Positions 20,168 through 30,042 of a stretch of 64,000 nucleotides of DNA are shown piece by piece. A program made the position numbers and the translations under genes. The stretch is from assembly GCA_963806535.1 (NCBI GenBank), contig CAWDYC010000007.1:1-64000 (forward strand), written 5' to 3'. This DNA comes from Candidatus Bathyarchaeota archaeon (GTDB lineage Archaea; Thermoproteota; Bathyarchaeia; Bathyarchaeales; Bathycorpusculaceae). How positions within the stretch are numbered: the first letter of the stretch is position 1; each line of letters begins with the position of its first letter. The notes beneath the pieces were generated by a model that saw only the letters and a list, made by a program, of their open reading frames with translations, was not told the DNA's origin and made no database searches.

Positions 20168-20206
20168 GCGTTACAAATCGTTTTCGTAAACAATTAATCT
20201 ATTAGT

Positions 20207-20815
20207 TTATTTGGACAATAATCGTTCAGCCAATTGCAGTTCTTTTATTGTGTTTATGTTTACGGCTAATTCGGGTAAGTCGAGAAGGAAGATATCTTGA
20301 TCAAGCCATTCATCACCGTACCGTTTATGCCCATCGATAACATTTATTCCGACTGGAACAACATCTTTATCATCCATTTTGAAGGAGTATTCGATACTCA
20401 TGCCTAATTTGGTTTTGGTTTTGATCGGAACAGCGACAGTCAATGCTGGCTTGCCACAACGCTCATAGCGTTCAACGATAGCATCCAATGCTTGGCTTGT
20501 AACAAGCGGCAAATCGGCTGCAATAGCTAAAAAAACACCCAGCTTAAGATTTTGGCTGGCATACCCCATGTCTGAAACATAATCCTTTCCAGGTGTCTCT
20601 ATGATTTTGACTTGGAAATGGTTGAGGTATTTTGCAGTGTTTGGTGTGCAATCAGTTACAGCTACAACTATGGAGTCAATGTTTTTAGCGTTTTTCAATG
20701 CTGCAATTACGTATTCGATGACTGGTTTCCCGCAGACTTTGATGAGTGGTTTTTCTTCTGCGAGACGCATGCGGGTTCCTTTACCGCCTGCCATAACTAG
20801 CGCCGTTACGCCCAT
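20207..20815 (-). CDS. cobY: Adenosylcobinamide-phosphate guanylyltransferase
   Basis: MAGGKGTRM...EKPL, ADLP, GINVI, NINT..EL; overlaps cobS. Confidence 0.85.
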   Translation of the reverse strand: MGVTALVMAGGKGTRMRLAEEKPLIKVCGKPVIEYVIAALKNAKNIDSIVVAVTDCTPNTAKYLNHFQVKIIETPGKDYVSDMGYASQNLKLGVFLAIAADLPLVTSQALDAIVERYERCGKPALTVAVPIKTKTKLGMSIEYSFKMDDKDVVPVGINVIDGHKRYGDEWLDQDIFLLDLPELAVNINTIKELQLAERLLSK

Positions 20816-21561
20816 GCGACCACCGCCAACAAAACAACTATTGATACCATTCGCGTTATCTCGTTTGTTGCGCCAAACACGTCGCCTGTAACTCCGTTGA
20901 AGTGCCTCTGTGCAATCGCAGTCATGATTAAGCCAGTGAATACGGCTGTTATAATGACGAAGACGCCTGCCCAACGGAACAATGGCAAAGCAACCGCCAA
21001 TGAAATTATTAAGGCTAAAACCAAGCGCAAGTCACCTTTCCCTCCATGCATGACTTCAAGAAACGGAGAGTTCATTCCTTCATGAACTGATTTTCCAGCC
21101 CAAGCCATAACAACCATTGAAAGCTTCGTTGAAAGCTCAATTACGATGATTCCGCCGATTATTAGACCTATATTTAGCTGGCCGATCGCCAAAGCTGTAA
21201 TTAACATAGTCATTATACCCATTGACAGCCCGCCAGCCCCTGTTAGCTGGTCATGCATAACCTCAATTTTATGCTCAGCTGTGCCATGAGCCATAATTCC
21301 ATCGCCAAAATCTAGCAAGCCGTCAGTGTGGTGTAGGCCAGTAATCAGCAACAGCAAAGCCAACACTAAGCCGCCTACAACTATGCCTGGCAAAAAATGA
21401 TATGCAACCCAACCGAAAACTCCAGCCAACAAACCGATAAATGCACCGATTAAAGGAAAAAGCCACATATATTTGGCGCAGTCCGTGAGCATGTCTTTGT
21501 CCATTGTTACTGGAAAGATCGTGAGGAAAGAAAAAAGGTTCTTTAACTCTTTAACAACCAA
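20806..21561 (-). CDS. cobS: Adenosylcobinamide-GDP ribazoletransferase (cobamide synthase)
   Basis: FLTIFP, FPLIG, TGLHHTDGLLDFGDG, MHD..TGAGG, GVTGDVFGATNE. Confidence 0.92.
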   Translation of the reverse strand: MVVKELKNLFSFLTIFPVTMDKDMLTDCAKYMWLFPLIGAFIGLLAGVFGWVAYHFLPGIVVGGLVLALLLLITGLHHTDGLLDFGDGIMAHGTAEHKIEVMHDQLTGAGGLSMGIMTMLITALAIGQLNIGLIIGGIIVIELSTKLSMVVMAWAGKSVHEGMNSPFLEVMHGGKGDLRLVLALIISLAVALPLFRWAGVFVIITAVFTGLIMTAIAQRHFNGVTGDVFGATNEITRMVSIVVLLAVVAWA

Positions 21562-21568
21562 GCCTATC

Positions 21569-22670
21569 TCACTTCAAACCCATCAGAGAGGCATAATTGC
21601 TTTCTATCTCTTTAAGCAATAGGTCTTTTGTTACTGCCCCGCCAAGTTTAGCCATCGCAGCTATAGATGCTCCGCCTGCACCGACGCCTTCTTTCACCAG
21701 CCCAGTCTCATAGATCTGCAAACCTGGAAAACGTGAACAGGTAAAATTTAAGTCGGCAGCTAAAACTGGGACGTCACAGAACTGGGTAACTATTCCTTTG
21801 AGGTCGGAGGATTTGTCTTTCGCAACCCATCGTGTGGTGCCGACTGCGACGTTGCAGAGAACATCAGGATTCAAAGCGTTTACGAGTGCCAAGATTGCAC
21901 TCATCTGAGTTCCACCAGCCATGAGCACTGGAACCTGAGATGCAGCGCCGATAACTAAGCCTGAAAAAGCCGCCATCATCGGATCGCCAACACAGGAAAT
22001 GGCTTTAACAGGATTTTTTGCTAAACTGCCAAAACTCTCGCCCGCAGCCTTCAAGCCGGCCTTAACCGTTTCAGCCTTCAAACTATGCGGATTTTCGGGC
22101 AGGGTACTGCTTACCTTTCCTTCAGCTTTCACGCCTAAAGCAGATAAGACGCCAAGAGCGGTTGTGGTTCCACCGGGGATGCTTTCGCCAATAACAAGAT
22201 AATCAACAGCCTTAGCCAAGTTGAGCCCAGCAATTTTGGCTCGCTCAATAACCTCTGCAACATTGTCAACCGAGTTGCCTGTTCGGATGTCTCTTCCTTG
22301 GCTTCCCCCGAAGTCCAGAAAGGGAATTTGAGGTTTTACCTTTACTCCGCCGCTGGCAATCAACACTGGAATATCAGCTAAATGCAGAGCCGACATTGTT
22401 ATCAGAGCTGGTGTAGGAATTCCGTCAGGAGTTATCGGTACTCCAGAAATGGATTTGCAGCGTCCAAGCAGAAGCAATTCAGCATCAGCTGGCGGCGTGT
22501 AATCAGTAAATTCTGGGTTTGCTCCAGCCGCCGATATGCCAGAGATCTTGCCTAGTTTCCGTTGTGCCGATTGTGCAAATGAAAAGGGGGTTTTTGCCGT
22601 CGATTTCTTCGAGGAAAGCTTTCGCTTTTAATGGGTTGTTAGCTATTAGGACGTCAAGGGTTGTACTCAT
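21569..22670 (-). CDS. cobT: Archaeal nicotinate-mononucleotide-dependent phosphoribosyltransferase CobT (TIGR00303-like); frameshift near 22550
   Basis: GISAAGA...YTPPADAE, PTPALIT, GESIPGGTTTALGVL, AGGTQM, VKEGVGAGG. Confidence 0.88.
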
Positions 22671-22671
22671 T

Positions 22672-23358
22672 CTACGGTTTTACCTTGCCTTTCGGCTTGA
22701 CTTCGAATTTCTTAATTTCTAAATATCCGAAGCCGCCGTCTAGCTTGTGCTTTGCCGTTTCTAGAATTTCAATCTTTTTCTTGAAAGTGGGTCCATCTGT
22801 CACAACAGTATGGTATTCGCCGCCTTCGCCGCAGGGGTCAACATTTCCGAGCTTGAGAATGTCGTCATAAAATTTTTTGTCTAGTACTCGTCCTAGCCAC
22901 TCAACGCCTAGCTTTTGCAAATTTGTGCGAACGACCGTAGCTTTAAAACCGGTTTTTAAATAATCTAAGTAAATTTGTTTTGTGTCACCCATCCACAGTG
23001 GCTTTAGGGGGTTTAAGCCGACTTCTTTAAGCACTCTTCCCAGCCAGCCTTCTTCATGACCTGCAACTTCGTAAATGTCTCCTGTAACTAAGCCTTCAGC
23101 ACCTTTGAGTTTTAAACGCCTAAGTGCGCTTTTGAAGTCGTTTTCGTAGGTTTCGGGAGTAGCTTGCTGTTTTACCAATGGAATTCCAATTGCGTCTGAC
23201 TGTGCATCTAGGATGCCGGATGGAATCATGTGGAAGTTTGATTTTTCTTGACTCATCATCATAGTTAATAGGCTGATTATTTCATTGCCTTGCTGACTTG
23301 CTAGATAGTATGCGTAGCAGCTATCTTTGCCACCACTCCATGATGCAATAACTTTCAT
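22672..23358 (-). CDS. Diphthine-ammonia ligase-like PP-loop ATP pyrophosphatase (DUF71/Dph6 family), first gene of the cob operon
   Basis: SWSGGKDS, GDI, PLW, WLGR, DPCGEGGEYHT.V.DGP.F. Confidence 0.85.
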   Translation of the reverse strand: MKVIASWSGGKDSCYAYYLASQQGNEIISLLTMMMSQEKSNFHMIPSGILDAQSDAIGIPLVKQQATPETYENDFKSALRRLKLKGAEGLVTGDIYEVAGHEEGWLGRVLKEVGLNPLKPLWMGDTKQIYLDYLKTGFKATVVRTNLQKLGVEWLGRVLDKKFYDDILKLGNVDPCGEGGEYHTVVTDGPTFKKKIEILETAKHKLDGGFGYLEIKKFEVKPKGKVKP

Positions 23359-23670
23359 TTTGTTTCGCTCTCCTTAATATCACCCTTGACTATTATTTCT
23401 TGTAAAGAGTGAATGTAAAAAATATTGTTTTTCATAAAAATATCTTGAGAAACAGGTAAACATGAAAACAATGTTTTGTTAGTCAAACTTTTAGATAATT
23501 TGCTTTTCAATTGAATATTGTACGGTAAACAGATTTTTTTCTCGATGTTTAGCAAATTATCACACCAAATGCATGGTTGGTTTATCCACCCTTTTCATAT
23601 AAGCATTACGGTAATTTGGGGCGAGCAATGCTTAAAGCGCACTTCACCTTCTAAAAACAAGGTTGAAAAA

Positions 23671-24180
23671 ATGTCCAAAAAAAATCTCACGCTTCTCGAG
23701 TTTTTAGAAAACCATGAAATTTCCCTAAAAAGCCTTATCGATTGCGCGCTTGAAATGTACGTTCCGCACCCAGGCATTGAGAGCGAGGAAAAAGCTACTG
23801 AAATGCTAAAAGAAGAATTCCTTGACGTTCTTAACGACGTTAACATATCCATCCTTGAAACTGCAGCTTTTCATGCACAAGAAGATGCAGAGAAAGGCTT
23901 GATTCCGGGATTAACGCAAGAAAGGTTCAGGGGGAGACCGGGACCAGTTGCTGACGAGATTTTGGGCATAGCAATTGCGACTTATATAGGTGGAACCCGA
24001 GCAGTTTTCGAGTACGTTCGGTTTGACCAAGCAAAACCAGGGATTCTAAAGAAACTAGGTTCAATAACAAACGACGCAATCGGCGCATTGGTTGCAGGTG
24101 TATCGTCCAATGTTTATACTCGCGCAACTAAAAATGCGAACACAAATCAAACGAGACGGGAAGCTCCAGTGTTTTATTAA
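23671..24180 (+). CDS. cobZ: Alpha-ribazole phosphatase CobZ-like (PgpA-like)
   Basis: LEMYVPHPG.E..EKA, L.DVN, ADEILG..IA.YIGG..A.FEY.RFD..KPGIL..L; cob context. Confidence 0.75.
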   Translation: MSKKNLTLLEFLENHEISLKSLIDCALEMYVPHPGIESEEKATEMLKEEFLDVLNDVNISILETAAFHAQEDAEKGLIPGLTQERFRGRPGPVADEILGIAIATYIGGTRAVFEYVRFDQAKPGILKKLGSITNDAIGALVAGVSSNVYTRATKNANTNQTRREAPVFY

Positions 24181-24322
24181 TGGAGAAGGGCGTAAAGCAG
24201 TTTTTTATTTGACAGTTCAAATATCAAAAATTTACATCGTTAAGTTGCGTTCTTATTCCAAGTTTTGTTTTACCATAATGTTATAATACTATTATCGATT
24301 GAGGAGTTAACGTTGGGCGTCC

Positions 24323-25480
24323 ATGGTTCATACTAAGCTGTGCATTGTTACACACACTTTTCTACCCCATGTCGGCGGCATTGAAAAAGTCGTCAACGAA
24401 CAAAGCAAACGGCTGCTACAAAAAAACTTTGAACCCATGGTAGTCACGAATCGTATTGGAACACCTAAACATTATGTGGTTGACGGCGTAAATGTTGAGT
24501 GTTATGAATCTTTAAACACAGGTTTTCGTCTCGGTATTCCTTATTCGATTCCGACGGTGCCGAGTTTTAAAACATTTCTTAAGGCTGTAAAATCAAGTAA
24601 AATTGTTCACGCTCATGGTCACCCCTACCTGACTTCGCTCATTGCAGCTAAGATAGCCAAGAGATACGATAAGCCATTTGTTTTAACTCAGCATAACACA
24701 TTCATTGAATACGAAAATTTTTTTGACACTATTGAGCGGTTAAATGATTTAGCAGTTGGGAAACAGTCGATAAAAGATGCTGACAAAATAATCACTGTAA
24801 GCAACGCCACTAAGGATTATGTTTTAAGTTTAGGCGCAAAACCAAAAAAAATTAAAGTCATATATAACGGAGTTGATTTGGAACGTTTCAAACCTTTAGC
24901 GGGAAAACGGGAGGAAATGAGAAAAAAACTCGGAATCCCCAAAAACTCCAAAGTAGTCATAACTGTTAGGAGATTAGTTTTCAAAAACGGCATCGACACT
25001 CTGATAGAGTGCGCAAACATCGCTGTCAAAAAGAACCCAAACATTATTTTTCTAGTGGTTGGGAAAGGCCCAGATCAAGTTAGCATTCAGATGAGAGCGC
25101 AACAAATAGGCATAGAAAATAATTTTAAGCTTGCTGGATTCGTAAGAGATGAAGATTTACCATTCTACTATAACACCGCGGACTTCTTCGTCTTGCCCTC
25201 AAAATCCGGAGAAGGCTTGCCTTTGGTTGCCCTTGAAGCTATGGCTTGCGGATTACCGGTAATTGCGACAGATGTTGGTGGAATTAATGAAGTATTAATG
25301 GAGAAATGGGGAAGATTGGTTCCTGCTAACCAGCCCGAGAGACTTGCAAAGGCAGTTTTGGAGTTTGCAGATATGGATTTTTCTTCACGCCGAAAAGAGT
25401 TGAGGGCAATTATGGAAGAGAAGTTCAGCTGGGACAAAAATGTTGAAAGACTCGTTGAAATATACGAAGAGCTTATTTAA
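24323..25480 (+). CDS. Glycosyltransferase family 4
   Basis: PHVGGIE, IYNGVD, LPS.SGEGLPLVALEAMACGLPVIATDVGG. Confidence 0.92.
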   Translation: MVHTKLCIVTHTFLPHVGGIEKVVNEQSKRLLQKNFEPMVVTNRIGTPKHYVVDGVNVECYESLNTGFRLGIPYSIPTVPSFKTFLKAVKSSKIVHAHGHPYLTSLIAAKIAKRYDKPFVLTQHNTFIEYENFFDTIERLNDLAVGKQSIKDADKIITVSNATKDYVLSLGAKPKKIKVIYNGVDLERFKPLAGKREEMRKKLGIPKNSKVVITVRRLVFKNGIDTLIECANIAVKKNPNIIFLVVGKGPDQVSIQMRAQQIGIENNFKLAGFVRDEDLPFYYNTADFFVLPSKSGEGLPLVALEAMACGLPVIATDVGGINEVLMEKWGRLVPANQPERLAKAVLEFADMDFSSRRKELRAIMEEKFSWDKNVERLVEIYEELI

Positions 25481-25509
25481 CCAAACTATGGAATCATTAT
25501 AGCCTTTAT

Positions 25510-26262
25510 ATGGAGAAGCACGGGATGACATCTAAAGTTGATTTGGTTTCGGTTGTAATTCCAACATTAAATGAAGCAGGCAACATTCGTCAAATATTAA
25601 CTACAATTCACAACGATGTAACTTACCCTAAAGAAATAATTGTGGTGGATAGCAACTCAACTGATGGAACTATAGAAATAGTAAACGACACAAGTTTCTG
25701 CAGGCTAATAATTGAACCAAAACGTGGCTACGGTGTTGCCCTTAGAACAGGCATGAAAAATGCGAAAGGTAACATCATCGTTATGGTTGACGGCGATGGA
25801 ACATATGAGGTTCGACATATTAACCGTCTTGTGGAGAGGATGCTTGAAAAAGACGCTGATATGGTTTTAGGTACTCGCATGTACGATCCAAACAAAGCCA
25901 TGGGCTTCCTTAATTTCTTGGGAAACAAAGTGATAACCTTCACCTTTGACTTTTTCTATAGTCAATTCCTCAGCGACAGCCAATCCGGCTTTCGAGCAAT
26001 ATCCCATGAAGCCATCGACGAAGTCAAATTAGTAGAGCAAGACATGGCCTATGCAACTGAGATGCTAATCAAATTCGCTAGGGAAGGCTATAACATGGTA
26101 GAAATCCCTACAACTTACAAATCCCGAAAATACGGCAAAACAAAGCTTAAACCATTTAAGTCAGGGATTGAAATATTTAGCACTATATTCAGAGGAGTGC
26201 TGGATGCCAAAACAGTCAGGACATGTTATGGGCATTGGAAGAAAAATCGGCATAAACGATGA
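25510..26262 (+). CDS. Glycosyltransferase family 2 (DPM1/polyprenol-phosphate type)
   Basis: VVIPTLNE, VVD..STDGT, GYG.AL..G, DGDGTY, DSQSGFRA. Confidence 0.9.
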   Translation: MEKHGMTSKVDLVSVVIPTLNEAGNIRQILTTIHNDVTYPKEIIVVDSNSTDGTIEIVNDTSFCRLIIEPKRGYGVALRTGMKNAKGNIIVMVDGDGTYEVRHINRLVERMLEKDADMVLGTRMYDPNKAMGFLNFLGNKVITFTFDFFYSQFLSDSQSGFRAISHEAIDEVKLVEQDMAYATEMLIKFAREGYNMVEIPTTYKSRKYGKTKLKPFKSGIEIFSTIFRGVLDAKTVRTCYGHWKKNRHKR

Positions 26263-26728
26263 AAAAGGCTATGCAATCGCCATTTTTCTTGTTTTAATAA
26301 TTGTATCCGCACTCGTCGCAAGTTACTATTTGGTTTTTAATACGCAGCCAGCAGGATACAATACAATATATATACTTGACGCTCAAAAACAAGCGGTTGA
26401 TTACCCAATTACATTGGTTGCTAACCAGAACAGCACTTTTGATCTCTGGGTCGGAGTTGTTAATAATATGGGAGGAAGCGGAAACCAGACTTATCAGGTT
26501 CTTTTGAAAATTACACCGAATCTTTCCGATTTCCCAATTGACGTGCAGCCAACCCAAACATACCAGTTAAGCTTAAGAAACACCGATACTTGGCAAACTG
26601 AATCGACTATAACACTAAATGAGGTTGGAAACTACTGGGTTGTTTTTGAACTCTGGCACCAGAATTCTTCAGGAAATTATAATTTTACAAATGATAAAAC
26701 TGCCTTGAACGTTCAAGTAATAAGCTAA
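26228..26728 (+). CDS. DUF1616-like membrane-anchored Ig-fold protein
   Basis: Single TM, then YILD....A.DYP..L, VGVVN, VFELW; start uncertain. Confidence 0.6.
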   Translation: MGIGRKIGINDEKGYAIAIFLVLIIVSALVASYYLVFNTQPAGYNTIYILDAQKQAVDYPITLVANQNSTFDLWVGVVNNMGGSGNQTYQVLLKITPNLSDFPIDVQPTQTYQLSLRNTDTWQTESTITLNEVGNYWVVFELWHQNSSGNYNFTNDKTALNVQVIS

Positions 26729-28191
26729 GCCTTCTTCTGTCTTTCCGCGAATTCTTTTTCAATGGCCACTCTGTGAATGTTGTTATAAGCGCAGAATGGT
26801 ATGATTTTAAGGTCAGGTGTAATGTAGTGGACGACGCAGCGTCTTACTCGGTTTACGTCGAAGTTGTAGGAATCCATGAATGCCATGCAGCCTAAAAGAA
26901 AGATTCTTCTGCGGATTTTGCCCAGCGATTGGTAAGACGGTGATAGATGCATACGCATGATCGAGTTCATTAGGGTTAAAATGCCGACTTCTTTTGTTAC
27001 TAAGAACATGTCCATTGAAAGCATAGAAGCCATAAACAGGGATGAGAGCAAAGAGAGTTTACCTTTAGACTCTGCGGTCTCAGCAGTTTTGCGAATGCTA
27101 TTAAAGAATCTGTCAAAGTTGACGAAGCGGTTGATTGGGAACATTTTGCCATCTTTTGAAACATAAATCCAATTTACAATGCCGCATTGCGGGCTGCAGG
27201 AAAAAAGTGGCCAAGGTTTCTGCATGAATTTACGCATTATCTTGATTGGAGAAGTCATCACTGACATGGGGTACAAGTCCGTGCTCTTGATTTCGCCATG
27301 AGTTTGCTTCTCCACGTCTTCGGCAAAGTGAAATTCACGGAAGTTTTCCCTAAATCGGTTCGCCGTGGCCCGACCAGTAAAAGCGATAGGCTGGAAAATC
27401 AAGCCTCTAACAATATCAGTGTTTTTGGATGCGAACCGAATTATATCGCCAACCTCTTCATCGTTTAAACTCTTCATTAGAGTGTTAACCAGGATTACTT
27501 CCATGTCGTATTTGCGGCAAACGTCTAAGGCTTTTAGTTTGTAGTCAAAAAGCGCTTGTCCACGGACCTTCTTATAGAAGTCATCATGAAAACTGTCAAA
27601 CTGCAAGTAAACAATGTTTAGCCCGCTTTTCTTCATCCTCTCCGCTAACTGGGGGCTTTCAGCTAAACGCACACCATTAGTAGCAAGGATTGTCATGAAC
27701 TTGAGTTTATGTGCTGCCGCGATGATTTCAGGCATATCTTCACGTTCGGTCGGTTCTCCGCCTGAGAAGAGAATAGCTGGAGGCTTAGGGTTGGCTTGAC
27801 TTGCGAATTCAAGCATTCTTATTAGGTGTTCTTTGGTCGGTTCGTAATCGATTTCTTGCTCGGGAAACGTTGAGAAACACACGGCGCATTTTAGGTTGCA
27901 CCGTTTGGTTACATCGATAACTCCTATAACTGTGCCTGAAGCGTGTTTTGTGCATGTTTCACAGACGTAGGGGCAACCTTGCGGATCTTTTGGAGCATTC
28001 AAGTCGCCCAAGTACTGGAACTGGTCGTAGGTTTGCATGTGATTGTAAACATCTGTGCTCTGCCAATGTGTTGCTTCGAAGTTTCCGTGTTCGGGGCATT
28101 GCTTGGTGATCTGGATTTTGCCGTTTGCTTGTTTTAGTTGAGCATCGATTTTTTTCTGGCATTCAGGGCAGATGCTCTTAGTGTCGGTCAT
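26725..28191 (-). CDS. tes: Tetraether lipid synthase (Tes / GDGT-MAS, MJ0619-family) radical SAM enzyme
   Basis: N-terminal CPEC...CPEH, GCPYVCETCTKH, rSAM IDVT.RCNL.C.VCF, VYLQFD, SCSPQCG, FMDSYNFDVNRVRRCVVHY.TPD..IIPFCAYN. Confidence 0.8.
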   Translation of the reverse strand: MTDTKSICPECQKKIDAQLKQANGKIQITKQCPEHGNFEATHWQSTDVYNHMQTYDQFQYLGDLNAPKDPQGCPYVCETCTKHASGTVIGVIDVTKRCNLKCAVCFSTFPEQEIDYEPTKEHLIRMLEFASQANPKPPAILFSGGEPTEREDMPEIIAAAHKLKFMTILATNGVRLAESPQLAERMKKSGLNIVYLQFDSFHDDFYKKVRGQALFDYKLKALDVCRKYDMEVILVNTLMKSLNDEEVGDIIRFASKNTDIVRGLIFQPIAFTGRATANRFRENFREFHFAEDVEKQTHGEIKSTDLYPMSVMTSPIKIMRKFMQKPWPLFSCSPQCGIVNWIYVSKDGKMFPINRFVNFDRFFNSIRKTAETAESKGKLSLLSSLFMASMLSMDMFLVTKEVGILTLMNSIMRMHLSPSYQSLGKIRRRIFLLGCMAFMDSYNFDVNRVRRCVVHYITPDLKIIPFCAYNNIHRVAIEKEFAERQKKA

Positions 28192-29063
28192 ATTAGCCCT
28201 CCAAGTGTTGCCTCGATTATTAATGCTAACGGAAGAAGAATCATCGACATTGTTACTAAACGCTCATATTTCCGCACATTCTGCAATGTGGAAGTGGAAG
28301 TTGCGAGGCGAGCCGAAGAGTAAATTAGTAGAACACTCCATAACAGAATAAACGGCAAATAAGCAACTGTAAACTTGCCTATGAGGTAGGGAAGAGGCGC
28401 AAGCACTCCGGTTAGAGTGAAAAATACTGCCGCCATCTTTGCTGAATTTATGCTGCCGATTTTTTGTGGAAGCGTTGGATAACCAACTTTTGAATCTCCT
28501 TCTATGCTGAGGATATCCCGCAAAACATTACCACCGATTGTGCCGAAAGCGATTGGGTAAAGACTTAAAGAAATTAAGTTGATTGTGCCGGAGATTGTGG
28601 CTTGTCCATACATAAATGCTGTTCCAGTTAATATGCCGACTAAAATGTTAGCGGCAAAACCTGATTTACGTTTTACAAGCATTGAGTAAATCAGAAGTAA
28701 CGCTGAATCAGCAGCGATAATTGCGAAGCTCAACCAATTAATGAATGCAGCCATAATCAGACCCACTGCAAAAAGTATTCCTGAAATCGCCACTACTTGT
28801 TTTAATGAGAGAGCACCCGAAGGAATAGGGCGTTTTGGCTTGATTACAGAGTCGCTCTCTCTGTCGAAATAATCATTGATCGCAAAACCTGCAGAAGTAA
28901 TAAAAGCCATGGAAAAGAAAATGAGTAAAACTGTTTGTATACTGAGGCTAAGAGGATTTTTCGTTATGGCAAAAGCCGTTAGGAGTGATAAGCCGCCAGT
29001 CATCAGCCAGTAGGGAAGCCGCAGTAGAGCGATCAATCCTCTCGCTGGCGCGGCAGACATCAT
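28188..29063 (-). CDS. UbiA-family prenyltransferase, digeranylgeranylglyceryl-phosphate synthase-like
   Basis: AINDYFDRESD.VIKP.RPIPSG, second Asp motif RDILSIEGD...G..TLP; multiple TMs. Confidence 0.85.
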   Translation of the reverse strand: MMSAAPARGLIALLRLPYWLMTGGLSLLTAFAITKNPLSLSIQTVLLIFFSMAFITSAGFAINDYFDRESDSVIKPKRPIPSGALSLKQVVAISGILFAVGLIMAAFINWLSFAIIAADSALLLIYSMLVKRKSGFAANILVGILTGTAFMYGQATISGTINLISLSLYPIAFGTIGGNVLRDILSIEGDSKVGYPTLPQKIGSINSAKMAAVFFTLTGVLAPLPYLIGKFTVAYLPFILLWSVLLIYSSARLATSTSTLQNVRKYERLVTMSMILLPLALIIEATLGGLI

Positions 29064-29995
29064 ACTTTGATTTTCCTGTCGGCGATTACTTCTTTGATGC
29101 TGTCTTCAAGGCTTACCTTCGGGTTCCAATTTAACTCTGCTTTGGCTTTGGAGATGTCAAACCAAATTTTAGTGACGTCGCCCTGCCAAGACTGCCCCGT
29201 TGTGGTAACGAACGTTTTTTTCTCCAAACCGAGGATTTTAAGCATCATTTTGGCAAGGTCAATAATGGTTACTGTTTCGCCGTAACCTAAATTGTAAACT
29301 TTGCCATTGGCAGAATCGCTGGAGCCAACTTTTACCAAGGCATCCACGACGTCGGAAACATGAACGAAATCCCTTGACTGCATGCCTGTCCCGATGATTT
29401 CAAGTTTGCCCGGGTTCGCCGCCAGTTTATCTAGAAAGTCATGGATAACACCGTGGCATCTTAACCCGTAAACGTTAGCGAACCTTGTGATAACTATGTC
29501 TAAGCCATATTGGTCTTTGTACATTTCACAGTACTCTTCACCCACCACTTTTGACAGGCCGTAGCATGAGAATGGATGAAACCCGTAGCTTTCAGGAGTT
29601 GGAAAAACCGTAGGATTGCCGTAAACTGCGGCACTTGAGGCAAAAACGAGTTTGGCGTCGTTTTTGCGCGCTTTTTCTAGTACGCTCACGGTTCCCTTAG
29701 CGTTTGTGTCGAAATCTATCATAGGATTCTCCATAGAATAGGGAACCACGACTTGGGCGGCTAAGTGATAAATTAAATCAGCCTTCTCTTGAGAACAGAG
29801 CTTATTGGTGTCAAGTATATCGCCTTTGATAAGTTTGGCTTTAGGAACGTCTTTGACATTTTCCATTTTGCCGCTTGACAAGTTATCGTAAATCGATAAG
29901 TTAGAAGTTAGTTTTGACAGCTTACTGCAGAGGTGATAACCGATAAACCCTGCGCCGCCAGTAACAAGTATTTTTTTCCCCTCAAGTTCTCCCAT
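29060..29995 (-). CDS. NAD-dependent nucleotide-sugar epimerase/dehydratase (GalE-like)
   Basis: VTGGAGFIG, HLAA, ASSAAVYG, YGLSK, R.ANVYG, RDFVHV.D. Confidence 0.9.
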   Translation of the reverse strand: MGELEGKKILVTGGAGFIGYHLCSKLSKLTSNLSIYDNLSSGKMENVKDVPKAKLIKGDILDTNKLCSQEKADLIYHLAAQVVVPYSMENPMIDFDTNAKGTVSVLEKARKNDAKLVFASSAAVYGNPTVFPTPESYGFHPFSCYGLSKVVGEEYCEMYKDQYGLDIVITRFANVYGLRCHGVIHDFLDKLAANPGKLEIIGTGMQSRDFVHVSDVVDALVKVGSSDSANGKVYNLGYGETVTIIDLAKMMLKILGLEKKTFVTTTGQSWQGDVTKIWFDISKAKAELNWNPKVSLEDSIKEVIADRKIKV

Positions 29996-30042
29996 GCAAA
30001 TCACGATAAAGTCTATATTTCTTCAAGTTAGTTGTAGGGTAT

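Noticed and set aside
23359-23670. Cobalamin riboswitch upstream of the cob operon
   Set aside because: AT-rich, with no recognisable B12-box or conserved GGGAA/GCCACTG elements.
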